A stretch of 64,000 nt of DNA from Phaeosaccion multiseriatum (lineage: Eukaryota; Protista; Ochrophyta, other classes): positions 2,046,001 to 2,110,000 of the forward strand of contig OZ218953.1 of assembly GCA_965112735.1 (NCBI GenBank), read 5' to 3'. The notes under the pieces were generated by a model. The model did not search any database. It was not told the origin of the DNA and worked only from the letters and a program-made list of their open reading frames with translations. A program made the position numbers and the translations under genes. Below are positions 30,934 to 44,353 of the stretch, piece after piece; within the stretch, counting starts at the first letter, position 1, and each line of letters begins with the position of its first letter.

Positions 30934-33900
30934 ATGGATAGCTGGGAGACTCACGCAGGTGGGAAGGAGGCCGAAGAAAAGGCCGCCTCGGGTGCAGGGG
31001 GAGGGCAGGGAGGGGGAGGGGGCAGCTCCATGAATCCCAACGCGGCCTCCTTCTCCTTCAATCCCAACGCCTCGGGATGGACTCCTGGTGGAGGAGCGTC
31101 TTTCACGCCAGCGGCAGCAGCGGCAGCAGCTCCTCCTCCACCACCACCACCACCTGCTGCTGCTGCACAAGACGTGACGGAGAAGCTCGGGGGAGTGACC
31201 ATCAGCGTCGGCGCACCAAGCGCGGCAGCCGAGGGGGGAGGAGAGGACGAGGAGGCGGACGTGGTGGACGAAAGTGATCCATTATGGCAGGTATGACGCC
31301 GCTGGGGATGGTTTGCTAGATTAGCTTTGGAAGGGGGGGAGGAAAGAGATGCTGAGATTTTTCTTCTTGAGCGGTCTCTCCTTTCCTCCGCGCTGCCTTC
31401 CCCCCCCACCCTTTCTCAACCCCTGCTCGTGCTCTGAATACGCTGTGAACCTAAAGGTGACGCTGAGAATCGCGGGAGGGGACCGCAAGAAGGCCGTCAA
31501 GATGCTCGAGGACCCCGACTCCCTCATGTCACACCCCGAAGTGCTCAAGGTGAGCGCGTGCCTCACCAAGTCCATCTTATCACCAGCCCAGTTGGCTCTT
31601 ACTCTGTAGCGGTTCCTCCCGAGTCGCTCCCTCGATCCCTCGCCCACTCACTCGCTCGCTCGCTCGCTCACTCTTTCTGCTCCGTCTCTCTCTCTTCACT
31701 CTCAGGTGATTGAAGCGACCGAGGGAACAGTAGAAGACGATGCGGAGGACTATGGAGGAGAGAGTGGTGCCTCGGAGGCAGTGGCAGCAGCAGGAGCAGG
31801 CGCAGCAGCAGTAGCGGCAGCCGCTCCTGCTTCAGCGCCACCGGGCGCCAAGTCCACTGGAGACGATGAAGAGGAAGACGAGGAAGGGCAGGACGCAGAG
31901 GAAGAGGCAGAGGCAGGGGATGAGGACGAGAGAGAGCACTTGAACATTGTGTTCATCGGTCACGTTGACGCCGGAAAGTCAACACTGTCGGGGAACATTC
32001 TCTACCTTACTGACTTTGTGGATAAGCGGACCATTGAGCGCTACGAAAGGGAGGCCAAACAGAGGAATCGAGAGACTTGGTGAGTGTTTTGTATTTTTCT
32101 TAAGCCACCCTTCTCTTGCTGAGGGTACATCTACCCAGGGCTGAGCAGTCGAGCCTTTACCCAGTCAGCAATGGTTGCTCCCTGGGCCTCCATCTCTGTC
32201 ATTTGGAGGCACGATCGACCACTCTTCCAACCCGCTCTCTCTCTCTCACACACACATACACACCCTCACACTCGCACTCACGCACTCAAGCACTCAAGCT
32301 CACGCACGACGTGCACTCATTTCCGCCGCCGCCCGGTGTCTGATGTCTAATGTACCCCCCCGTGAAAGGTTCCTGGCCTTCATCATGGACACAAACGAGG
32401 AGGAGCGGGCCAAGGGAAAGACAGTGGAAGTAGGAAGGGCCCACTTCGAGACTGACACCAAGAGATACACCATTCTCGACGCGCCGGGCCATAGCGCGTA
32501 TGTACCCAACATGATCCAGGGAGCGGCCCAAGCAGACGTGGGTATCCTTGTCATCAGCGCGAGGAAGGGCGAGTTCGAGACGGGCTTTGAGAAGGGAGGA
32601 CAGACCAGGGAGCACGCTCTACTGGCCAAGACGCTGGGGGTGCGCTATTTGGTTGTGGTCATCAACAAGATGGACGACCCTACTGTAGAGTGGGCTAAGA
32701 CCCGCTTCGACGAGTGTGTCTCCAAGCTCAAGCCCTTCCTTAGGTCCTGTGGGTACGCGGTGAAGAAGGATGTGACCTTCATTCCCATCTCGGGTCTGGC
32801 CGGGAGCAACATTAAGGTGCCAGTGACCAAGGATGTGTGCCCGTGGTGGAGCGAGAGTGTGGCAGCTGGGGAGAACAACACCACCTCGGCCACGCTGCTG
32901 AAGCTCATGGACGACCTTAGTATGGACAACCGAGACTCCAGGTGGGTTCGCGCGAAGGGACGAGAGAGTGCCCCTTCTCTCTAGGATCGAAAGAGACCCG
33001 ACGCATGGGGGGGGGCGCACATTAAAACACGCCTGTGTGTCCTCCTCTCATGTGTATGGACCACACTAAGCTGCCTCCGCGAGTCCTGTCACCCCCGACG
33101 CCCTCCTTTGCTCTTACTTTTGTGTCTTCCCATGCCCCGCCCTCTGTCCTCTGCCCCTTGCCACCCCCGCCTTTGTAGCGCAAGTTTGCGTGTGCCTGTG
33201 CTGGACCGTTACACAGACCGCGGAACCATTGCGCTGGGCAAGGTGGAGCGAGGCACACTGAGGACGGGGAGCTCTGTTGTGGTCATGCCCACCCGAACGG
33301 AGGCTAAGGTAGGTGAATGGGGAATGGGCGGCGGGGGCAAGCGTGGGTGGGGCGATTGGTGGATGGGTGGGTGGGTGGGTGGTTGAGTGGATGAGTGAGT
33401 GGGTGGGTGGATGGGTGAGTGAGTGGGTGGGTGGAGTAGAGGCACTTGAGGCGTCTAGGGGGGCGGGGCGGCGGGGAATGTGTGTGACTGTGTGCTCATC
33501 GATAGAATGACATAAAGCGTGTGGAGGGCCATTCATTTGCGTACAGCAGATAGTGATGGCACAGCCGGAGAGGGGAGGGGAGGCAGCAGGCAAGATAGAG
33601 GCAGGCAGGCTCCATCGTGGGGCAGAGATCGGGGTCCGTGTCGATGAAGGATGGATGTGGGGGGGGGAGCAGGCACCACCCGGCGGGGCAAAAGTCAAAA
33701 ACTCAAAACGCTCGTCTGATCGCACAATCCTGTGTTTGTTGGTCGCGTGTGTGTATGAAAATCATCAATCAATCAATGACTCAGGTTGAGGCCATCTACA
33801 TTAACGACGTGAAGGTCAAGACCGCAAAGACCGGGGAGAATGTCAGCGTCAAGCTGAACATTCCTGACTCGGATGTTGTCAAGGGATTCGTTATCTGCGA

Positions 33901-34337
33901 CCCTTCCGACGTGAGTGGGAGAGGGGGAGGGGGGGGGGAGGGGGGGAGGGAGGAAGGAAGGAACGAAGGAAGGAAGGGAGGAAGGACGGGCCGAGAGACG
34001 AACTTAACCTGACTTGACGACTGTGGGGCATGATACTAGCGTGAAGGCGTTGGCGGCTGTTTTGTTTCACAGTTGCGAGTGTCTCTCTGTGTGTACCAAC
34101 ACCAACCTCTTAATTTGCCCCCTTGGCCACCCACCGACCATTTGCTGCCATCCACCTACAGCCGTGCAAGGCGAGCAAGAAGGTATTGTGTCAGGTGGCG
34201 GTGATCGACATGCTAGACAAGCGATCACTCTTCACCGCAGGGTACGACAGCGTGTTCCACTGCCACACGGTGGAGGAGGAGTGCATAGTGTCTTCTCTGG
34301 TGGACGTAATTGATATGAAGACGGGCAAGCCAAGCAA

Positions 34338-34382
<45 letters not shown>

Positions 34383-34737
34383 GAGAGAGACGTAGGCTTA
34401 GAGAAACAGAGAGAGGCGTAGGCTTGCCCAGCCCAGACGCACATAAGTACACACACAGATACACATACACTATCCTGCGAGCCCTCATCCCTACCCGATC
34501 TCTCCTCCCTGTGCAATTGCTCATACACACACATTCACATACATACACACACAACACACACAGTCTGGGAAGAAGCCGGCCTTCGTGAAGGAAGGGGCGG
34601 TGGTGCGGGCAGTGCTGGAGGTGCCTCGCAGCATTTGTGTCGAGAAGTATGACGTCATGCCTCAGATGGGGCGCATAACCCTCAGGACGGAAGGACACAC
34701 CATTGCCATTGGCAAGATTTTAGAAATCAAGGAGTAA
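30934..34737 (+). CDS. eRF3: Eukaryotic peptide chain release factor GTPase eRF3 (SUP35/GSPT); 8 exons
   Basis: Tandem PAM2 motifs [65 protein letters not shown]-terminal [20 protein letters not shown]. Confidence 0.96.
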
Positions 34738-34999
34738 AGTGAGAGAGGTGGCTGCGATCGATCGTTCGGTCGTACGTAGGCGCTTTTGCTTTTATATTTG
34801 CTGTGGAGGAGGAGGGGGTATGTGTGGTGGTGGAGGAGGGAGGAGCAGGAGGAGGAAGAAGAAGAGGAGGGATGATGCACAACTGCTGCTGATCGAGCGT
34901 GAAGGACGAATGGGTGGGACAGCGTTTGGTGTAGTGGGATTTAGCGACGGCCAAACTGCGATGGAAGGCCGGACTCACACACACACGGAGAGAGAGAGA

Positions 35000-35053
<54 letters not shown>

Positions 35054-35356
35054 GATGCGTGCCGACAGAGGGCATGCAAAAGGAAGGGAAGGGGGGAGGG
35101 GAGGGGGTGGCGGGGCTTCGTGGAAGAAGAGGAGATCATTTTGTTTTTCGGCCAGAAGGGTCGAAACGACGGGAAGGCAACAGCAAAGGGGGGCGACATC
35201 AAGCATTTACGACAGGAAAGAGTTGTGTAGGTGGGCTCCTGCTCTGCTTGGCTGGCTGCCGACGATTGCTTGATTGTTGCTGGATGACGAACGTGCCGTA
35301 ACGGGGCCCCAGAGAGCGGCCCGGAGGATTGCGGAGAGATGAAATGAGACGGTGGA

Positions 35357-35523
35357 GAAGGGACCATTCGTATGAAGCTGCACCAGTGGACCGTTGGACC
35401 CTTTTAGCCACCAGATAAAAGGTCACATACACTGAAAACTGAAAAACTGACGTTACCCAAAGGAAGAAGGGACCATTTCCCCGGTATGAAGCTGCACCAG
35501 TGGACCGTGGGACCCTTTTAGCC
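35357..35523. repeat. Pair of ~55 bp direct repeats (35357-35409 and 35466-35523) in an intergenic region
   Basis: gaagggaccatt...tatgaagctgcaccagtggaccgt(t/g)ggacccttttagcc occurs twice. Confidence 0.9.
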
Positions 35524-35887
35524 CTTCCAGTGCCCCGATGCCGGCTAAGCAGAGTCTCAGAAACCAAATATTTATATGTATACCTCATTTACAAGTCAGA
35601 CTCTCCTCTCATCATGCACCCCTCCACTTGCCTCCCCCGTCCTTTCGTTCAGGGCCTCTCTATCTGTCTCTCCTGGCCCGAGAGCCGTCCGTCCGTGGGA
35701 AAGTGCCAGTCCCTCTCCTCTTTTATCCGTCTCATTATACTTCTACATGTTTATGTTTATATGCACACTCAGTCACCATCAAAGCTGCCTCTTCTAATTC
35801 CCTCGCGCTGTCCCCCAATGGTATGTATTTGGCACGTTCCTCCCTCCTTGTCTGCTGCCATCTGCTTCCATCTATCCCCCCGCCCCT

Positions 35888-37354
35888 CTACACCCCTTGC
35901 GGAGTAAACTCCACGTGCTTGTCGTCGTATCGGTAGCGCCACTTGCCGCGCATAGCGCAGTCTATAATCTGGCCGAGGAGAGAGAACCGAGGGAGGGGGG
36001 CAACGTCGTCAAAAAGTGGCATCCCTACGCGCCATTTCTCCCTCCCTCCCTCCCTCCTATATCTCCCTCCATCCCTCCCATTTCTCCTTCTATCACTCGC
36101 CTTCTTTCCTCCCGTATCTCTCCCTCCCTTACTTCCTCCATCCCTCGCCTTCCTCCCTCGTCTCTTTCCCTCCCTCGCTCTCTAGCTCCCTCCACTCACC
36201 TCTTCTCCTCCGTCCTCAGCCCCAAACTCCCCTGCTTCCCCTTCGTCAGCAGCCATGAGCGCTTCGAAGCCGTACTCGCCTCCCAAGTCCTCCACATACC
36301 GATACCCATCCGTAGCAGCTTCTCCTTCAGTCATGCCCCCTTGCTCTACCCCCTCCTCATCCGCCCCACTACTCATATAGATATTGCCCCAGTCCTCCTC
36401 GGACCTGTCCTCGACCACCACCCCCATCGCCACCGCCTCCTTGTCGGCCATGTTTCGGTCATACAGCCGCCCAAACTCCAGCCTGGCCTGCTCGTCGGCC
36501 TCCAGCAGACGATTAAGCCACTTGCGGATGGAGTTGGACCATTGCTGCCGGTCGAAGCTGTAGCGTAAGCCGGCGGTATTGCGCTGAATGGTTCTGGACA
36601 TCCAGTCATCAAACTCCTCCCTTGCCAAGGCGATCATCTCCGCCGTGTTATCCATCGACGGAGCAGCCACGCAGGGGAAGCTGTCGAGACTGCGCTGCTC
36701 CTGGCCAGCAAAGCCTTTGGGACCAGGCAACATGGTCTCCCCAATTCGGGCGGGAAGCGGTCGCATACTTCTCAACACATCGTCACGATCGCCCCCCCTC
36801 CCACTACTCCCCAAATTTGGGAATATGATCTTGGCGAACCGGCCCAACCTCTCTTGAGAGACGGCGGTCAGAGGCTCTCCCTCTTTGACCTCTTCCCCTA
36901 GCCCCATCATCCCCTCCGCAAGCCTCGCAATCTCATCTGTCATTTGCAGTCGACTCAAGCCTGAGCTGGCGCCAATGCCTATCGCTGCTTCGGCCGTGAG
37001 GGCCAAGCTGCTATTCCGTCTACGCACCCTGGCGGCCCTGTTGGCCCTCGTTCTTGCTCCTTCCCCCCTTCGGGCGGGCGTCAAAGGCACATCATCCACC
37101 CTGCTGCCGGTTGAGGTAGAGGTGGAAGTTGAGGCAGAACGTCTTGCGTGCGTTGTCCGAGCCAGGCGCCGAGATTGAAGCCTATGCACCCCTGGCTGCT
37201 GCTGTCCTCCCTGCTGCTGCTGCTGCTGCTGCTGGGTAGGCCTCTCTACTCTCGAGCCTTTCCCGCCCCACCCCCCCGTGCCCGGCCCAACAACACGCGA
37301 CTCCGACTGATACACTAGGCCGCAAAATGCGGCAACTGCTACCCCTCTTTTCAT
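35888..37354 (-). CDS. Uncharacterised protein with putative signal/transit presequence; 2 exons
   Basis: Long ORF from MKRGVAVAAFCGLVYQSES. Donor gtgagt near 36198. Final exon IIDCAMRGKWRYRYDDKHVEFTPQGV*. No family recognised. Confidence 0.65.
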
Positions 37355-37581
37355 TTCCCCCTTCACAGTCCACAGACACCGGACAAGGAGCACCTCAAAA
37401 GGAAAATGACACTGATCTACGTAGGACTCGTGGAGACACACGCGTCTCTGACAAGCCCGTGCCAAGGCAGCAGAAGGAAGGTACAACCCCCTCGGGTCAG
37501 TAACCAATTGACTTACGAGGAACGGTGGGTAACTGGCACTCACACAGTAGAAGCGGGGCGGATTTAGGAAAGAAGGAGGAG

Positions 37582-40500
37582 ATGAAGACTATGAGACTGA
37601 AAGAGGTGGTCGCGGTCCTTACCCTCTACCACTCCTGCGGCTGTGCCGCCTTCCAGGTCTCGTTGAACGGCCACAGAGGCGTCATCAGGAGCAGCAGCAG
37701 GAGCAGGAGCAGCACACTCAGCAGCGGGACGGCTCTGCAGCAGGGCGCGCAGGCAGGGGACGCCGTAGATAGTGACGTGACTCTCGCGGGCTACGCTCTT
37801 GGAGACGGGAAAAATGGGGCTCTAAGGATCGCGACAGGTATCAGAGAGTCATTTTCTCATTTTGCTTGTGGGACCTTTTTTTGCCGCAAGTCCCTGGGCC
37901 GTCTTCCTGCTCTCTTCCTCACTCTCTCATTATACTGGTGGGTCTCTTGCAGGAGCGATTGATGCGCTTTTCAAATTTGAGCCGTTCTTCGAGTACTCGT
38001 GTGCCAAGGCCAGGGAGAAAATAATTGAGCGAGCCGACAGCTTGGGGTGTGGGTGGCAGGGCAGAGTGGACGGTGAGTGCTTCAGTGAGGGACGACCGAA
38101 AGCACACGGTACTCTCTTTCATTGAACAAGTGAGGAGGAAAGGGACATGCTCGACTCCTCAGTGTGTAGGGCCAGGAACTTTCCGACCACCCTGAGCTCA
38201 TGTTTCGCTCGCTCCCCTTTCCCTCCTTCTAGGAATGATGCGCAAGATGGACACTCTAAACGGGATCTACGACGGTGTGCTCGACCCGAAGGTATGTCCA
38301 GAGGGGAGCACGTAGTACCTAGCCTTGTCTGCAAGTGGACACTTTCTGGTACTTGTTTGGGTCTCAGGTATTTTATCCTCTCGTTGACTCTCTTTGCCCT
38401 TTGACTCCCTCGCCATCGTAACTTGCACCTTACAGGTCTGGACCGACACTCCAAAGTATTATAAAGCTCCCTTTCATGTGAGTTCTCAGCCGTGTACGAC
38501 AGTCCTTACTGTCCTCCTCCATAATACAACTGTACTGAACTGGCTCACCCCACCCCACGCACGCCCCCTCAGGCTTACAAGGAAGGCAACCTCTCGTGGC
38601 TGGCGGCCATGGAGGTCGACCCCAGCGCTGTGTCGGTGCACAGCAGAGTCTTCGCCGAGGATGGAGAGCTGCAGCTTGATGGGGATGATCGATTGAGAGC
38701 CAACTACCACCAGCGCATGCTGGAAATGCTTCGGGTGAGTGGGTGGGTCGGTGGATGGGTCGGAGTGGGTGGATGGATGGGTAAGAGCTCGGGGCTGGCT
38801 GCTGTAGTTGTTGTGGTATTGCATGGATGATCTGCTGTCTGTCGTTACATCAATCAGCTTGCCGTGCTGTAAGTACTTCGCTTCCCCTTCTTTCCCCGAA
38901 GCCGGCTACTGAAGTGGCCTCCTCACTCCTCTATGGTCAAATCAATCAGCTATCAAATCACCCCACCTATCAAAAACTTACGAATAAATTTTAATCAATG
39001 GATGGACGATGGGGCTGAACGGACGGATGGACGGACGGAATCAGTTCTCGCCCAAGAAAGTCGTGGACGTTGGGTGCAGCACGGGCATTAGCACCTTGAA
39101 GCTGGCACAGACCTTCCCAACCGCAGAGGTCACGGGCGTTGACCTCTCCCCGCACATGCTGTCCATCGCACAGTACAAGCTCAAGAACGGCGAGGAGGAA
39201 GAAGGTGGGATGGGGTGGAGTGGGGTGGGGTGGAGTGGGGTGGGGTGTACTATTGCTTGGGTTTGGCTTGGGCATTGGGGGGCGTGGTTTGTATGTATAT
39301 ATTTATAGGAACGAGCGCCTCACTAACGTACTTTGCTCGGACAACACAACACAACACAACTTCTGTTCCATCTCTCTCTCTGTCTCTCTCTATCTCGTGC
39401 TGCCGTACCACCACCATGTGCACCACAACAGGCATTCGTAAGGACGGCCGTGTGACATACCTCCACGCTGCAGGGGAGGCCACCTCTCTGCCCGACTCGT
39501 CTGTGGACCTCGTGTCCATATGCCTTGTGATGCACGAGTTGCCAGCACAAGCCGCCCAGGACATGCTCAAAGAGGCAGCGAGAGTGCTTAGGTGGGTGGT
39601 GGGTGCTGCAGTGAGCGGACGCAGTGCTTCGCTGGTACCGATCTCCGTTCCCTCCCCACATGTCTCTACATGTCTCCCTTCTCTTTCGATCCCCATATGC
39701 CTCTACATCTCCCCTCCTTGCCCCCCCTTAACCCTCTACATGTTCCCCTCCTTCCCTCCCCACATGCATCTACATGTCTCCCTTCTCTTTCGATCCCCAT
39801 ATGCCTCTACATCTCCCCTCCTTGCCTCCCCTTAACCCTCTACATGTTCCCCTCCATCCCTCCCCACATGCCTCTACATGTCTCCCTTCTCTTTCGATCG
39901 CCATATGCCTCTACATCTCCCCTCCTTGCCTCCCCTTAAGCCTCTACATGTCCCCTCCTTCCTTCCCCACATGCCTCTACATGTCTCCCTTCTCTTTCGA
40001 TCGCCATATGCCTCTACATCTCCCCTCCTTGCCTCCCCTTAAGCCTCTACATGTCCCCTCCTTCCTTCCCCATATCTTTCTTTTTGTGTCTCCTTATCTC
40101 CCTGGCCTCGCCCCACACCCATTATTTTACACGATCCCCCCATATACCCCCAGGCCTGGCGGTGCGATTGCCTTCATGGATATGAATCCTCACGCCCCCC
40201 GCTTCAAGGCGCTGGCGGGGAACCCCTTCGCCTTTGCGGGGTTCAAATCCTCAGAGCCCTACTTGCTGGAGTACATCAGTGAGTGAGAGAGAGAGGGAAA
40301 GAGAGATCAAAAAGAGAGAGAGGAGAGGGAGAGGGAGGGGAGAGAGAGAGAGGAGGGAGGGGGGGGGGGGGGGAAGAAGGAGATGGAAGGGGAGAGAGAG
40401 AGAGGGGAAATATCGAGAGAGGGATTGAGAGAGAGAAGGAAAGAGACGGAGAGAGAGTGTGTGTGAGCGTGACTGAGAGTGTGTGGGTGTGTGTAAAAGG

Positions 40501-40867
40501 GAGACAGAGGCGAGAAGGTGCAAAGGTCGCACTGTGTGGGAGTTGAGTACGCGTATGTACATGACGCATGACTGCATGTAAGCATTTTTTGTCCCTTGTC
40601 TTCTCGCTGCTGTATCACAAACTGCTGCTGCTCCTTTCCCCCGCTTGCACCTTCTCCTCGCGTCCTCCTTCCTACCCACGTACTCACCCCTTTCTCTCCC
40701 TCCCTCCCTCCCCTGCACTGCGCTTGGCAATTGACCATCCACGACCATCCTTTTGCTTGACAGGCCTGGACCTTGCTGCCGAGTTGAAGGCGGCAGGCTT
40801 CATAGACGTTGACGTTAAGGCCAACTCGCCATACCACAGAACTTGCGTGGGGTATACTGACAAGTAG
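37582..40867 (+). CDS. Plastid-targeted class I SAM-dependent methyltransferase (Methyltransf_11/25, UbiE-like); about 9 exons
   Basis: Signal ...LYHSCGCAA-FQV. PKYYKAPFH|AYKEGNLSWLAAMEV, motif I VVDVGCSTGIST, VTGVDLSPHML, LPDSSVDLVSICLVMHELP, RVLRPGG, SEPYLLEY. Confidence 0.9.
39654..40075. repeat. Intronic minisatellite with a ~104 bp unit in 4 copies
   Basis: ccccacatg.ctctacatgtctcccttctctttcgatc.ccatatgcctctacatctcccctccttgcc... recurs at about 39654, 39758, 39862 and 39964. Confidence 0.9.
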
Positions 40868-41237
40868 TGAGAGGGGCGGAGGGGGGAGGGAGAGGTATAG
40901 AGGGGGGGGGGGGGCAGTAAAGCGCTGCTTCCTTTTAATTTAAAACTAGTTGATGCATTGCTTTGGCTTCAAGGATATAGATTTGATAGGGAAGGCATGC
41001 GAGAGGGATACAGGCACACAAGTGTACAGAATAGGGAGGAGAAAACTGGCGGGGTTTATGGTATCGGTTTATTATTACACGAAAAGACTTACAAACAAAA
41101 TGACATCTCAGGACATGATGACATTCAAGGATACGACAGAAGCATACGACAGAAGCAAAGATGAGATTGCTAGAATGCCTCTGTAGAGACTCTTTAGTGC
41201 AATGCACCGCCGCGAACAGTTGGTGTCAGGATTGGTT

Positions 41238-41595
41238 TCAGTTCCAGTTGGGCGTTTCGCTGGGGCTCGGCTCCGGCGTGTTGGGCACCGTGGCGAGGGA
41301 GGTACCGGTGAGGGAGGAGGGGGAGCGTCCGGTCTTTGCGGTTGCGCCTCCTCCCAACAATTCACCAAGCTGCTTCCGTTGCCGCTGTGGCTGCTCCCCC
41401 AGAGGGGCGTGTCCAATATGGTGAGCACTCCCGTGGGGAAGGAAGTCCTCCCGCTGCTGCTGCTGCTGGGCGGTCAAGGTCTTCGGTGTCAGGCTCAGAC
41501 TCCGTAGGCCGCGACCACTGCTGCTGGCGTGATTGGCGCCATGGTTGGTGCTGCGCAGGTTTCCGTCTGGCGACGCCCTCTTGATGATATTGTTC

Positions 41596-41627
<32 letters not shown>

Positions 41628-43472
41628 GCTGTTGTTGTTGTCGCTTCTTCTTATGGTAGAGTTTATCATATCGTTCTCGTCCTTCTTGTGCTCAACAGTT
41701 GCGCTGCGCTTTTCTACCCCCCTTCGGTGTTGCTGCTGCTGCTGCTGCTGTATCACCAACTGTTGTTGCTGCTGGGGGCGGGAGGAAGAAGCAGGTCCGA
41801 CGCAGTCGAAGTTGGCCATGAAGCGTCCGATAGGCGTGCCCCTTGACACCGGTGTGAAGCCTTCCCACCGCTCCTGCTCCTCGCAGTGCGACGCGTCTCC
41901 TGTCCACGCCAGCCCCGCTGACCCTACCCCTCCTTCCTTGCCATCTCCCTGGCGCCGGCTACTGCGGCTGCTGCTGTTGCAGTTGGACTTGCAGGAGGAG
42001 GTAGAGCAGCATCCTACTTCTTCTGCCACCGCTGCCACCGCTGCCACTGCTGCCGCTGTCGCTGCTCTCTGTGTCTTCTCCTCATGCGTTGCCACACGCC
42101 TCAGCGCATAGCTGGGCAGCCTTGGAGGGCCGACGCGACACGTCAGTAAGTCAGGGAAGGAGAGGCCGCCGAAGAAAGGGTGCTGACGGAGGTCACTGAC
42201 GCCGTTGCTGCCCATGCGTCGATAGGGAGAGTGCTGCAGGCAGCGGCGGACGAAGTGCAGTACGGCGCAGGCTTCATGGAAATCCACGCCAGTGGAGGAG
42301 GGGGAGGAGGGAGAAGATGGTGGGGCGGAAGGGGAGGATGGGGAGGAGGACGAGGAGGAGGAGGAGGAACAAACGGAGGAGGAGCATATGTCCTCCTTGC
42401 AGTGTCGCCCCCCGCCCTCGCTACTGCTCGGAGTCGAAGTGGTCTGCAGGAGCACGTCTCGGAGGTCCGCTCGGATATCCTTCACCCCCTGCGGGTCGTG
42501 GCAAGCCCTGCGCATAAGCTTCATGTCCCCCCCTGTGATCATCTCGTACGTCAGCATGCCCAGGGCCCAGTAGTCCACCGCCATACCATAGCTCGGCCAC
42601 GACAGCACCTCCGGACTGATGTATGGGTAAGTGCCGCACATGGTCGTGGCGCCCTCGTCCCAACACGTCACCCCATGGCGAGAGAGACCAAAATCCGTGA
42701 TTCGTAAGTGGCCCGACGAGTCCAGGAGGATGTTCTCCGGCTTGAGGTCGCGGTGGACCACCCCCTGGTGGTGAATCTCTTGCACAGCGAGGCCAATCTC
42801 CGCCACGTAGAAGCGGATCGTGGAGAGGGGGAGGGCGCCGTTCTCCTGCACCCGCGTGAGGAGGGTGGCGAGGTCTCCCACAGGATAAAAGTCCAGCAGA
42901 AAGTAGATGAACTTGTCGTCTTGCGCTGCACCTCTGAAGTTTACGACGAAGGGGTGCAGGCGGGCGTCGCTGGCGAGGATGTGCCTCTCCCGTTGGGCAG
43001 TCTTGAGCAGGCCTCGTCTGCATCGCAGGGCAGCCTTCGGGACGGCCTTCACCACCAGATGTTGCTGCTGTTGCTGTTGGTGCTGGTGTTGGCGTCCCCG
43101 CTGCTCTTCCCCGCAGGTACGAGTACCGCAACAAGCGCAGGAAGAGGAGGATGGTGATGTGGCGGCGCCTCGCACCAAAAGCACCTTCCCAAAGGAGCCG
43201 CTGCCGACCTCAGCCAACGGCTCTAGGCAGTCCATGTCGGGGGCAGCGCCAATGGAGTCGGCACGTGGCCGACCGCGCAAGGAGGCGGCCCGCTTCTTCT
43301 GCAGGCGCGTGCCCTCTCTCTCTTGCTCTCGCCGCCGCCGGAGTACCTCTTCTTGTCGCTTCCGCCTCTCTGTAGCCTCCTTAGCATAGCGCTCTGCAGG
43401 CAGTCCTGCAAGCGACACCGTCCGTGCACCCCCACTTCGGACACCCAAGGAGGGTGGCGTGTTCCCCCCTCC

Positions 43473-43512
<40 letters not shown>

Positions 43513-43901
43513 GCCGTCTTGTGGGGCTTTTTCGCGGTCGTCTTGGCAGAGCTCGCACCAATCATCTCCCGAATACTTCGTCGCTTATCGGGGACCATAC
43601 CCTTCCACCTTCTTGCGTGGATGATACCGCTCTTTCCCTCGGCGCAAAGAGCAGGAGCGTAGCGATTGCCTGCCCCGCTCCCTCCAGAATCTTCTGCTCT
43701 TGTGGGTGCCTCTGCCCCCTCCGCTGTTGCTGCGGCCGTGGCCATTTCTGATACAGTTTTGAAGCTGTTGAAGCCAATCGCGCCTGTACTACGCCAATGG
43801 GTGCTCAAGCGGTGAAACAAGTTCCAGATGGGAGCAGTTAGTGGTCTTCCAGATGTGATCCCTTTCTCCTTCTTGCCGGCGGTGCCCTTCCTTCTTGTCA
43901 T
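41238..43901 (-). CDS. AGC-group Ser/Thr protein kinase, single exon
   Basis: VGSGSFGKVLLV, VVKAVPK, ERHIL, HPFVV, HRDLKPENILLD, ITDFGLS, TMCGTYPYISPE, DYWALG, RMGSNGVSDLRQHPFF in one uninterrupted ~890 aa ORF. Confidence 0.93.
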
Positions 43902-44353
43902 GCCAGTGGACGTCACATCGGAACTTGAGCCCTCATGCCGAGGGCTGATCCCCTAGCAAGTCTGGTAATGCCCATGTCCGTCGCTGTAGAGTCTCTTGCC
44001 TCATGGCATCGGGTCTCTCTCAAAGATACGGGAGACCTCAACAAGATACTTCCGGCACACCTCCCTTTCTCTCCCTTCGTAGCAGCACTTCAATGCGAGG
44101 CGGCGGTGTCCGCTATCGTCACACACTGGGTCCAGCCTGCCGCTGAGTTACCCCATCGGCGGCGGCGCTTGTACTCCATGGAAGTAACACTGGCAATGGC
44201 AGCAACATTTTCCAGTTTCAAGTGTCCAAAAGTAAAAAAAAACGCGGGAGCAACATCCTCACCGTCAGCTTCTCTTGCGCCTACCATGGGGAGCAAAGAC
44301 AACGACAAAGAAGGGGAGGGAGGCGGTGTTGAGCACCAAATCACGCGACAAGC

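Noticed and set aside
35357-35523. Repeat-spacer-repeat resembling CRISPR
   Set aside because: Only two copies, eukaryotic context and no cas genes.
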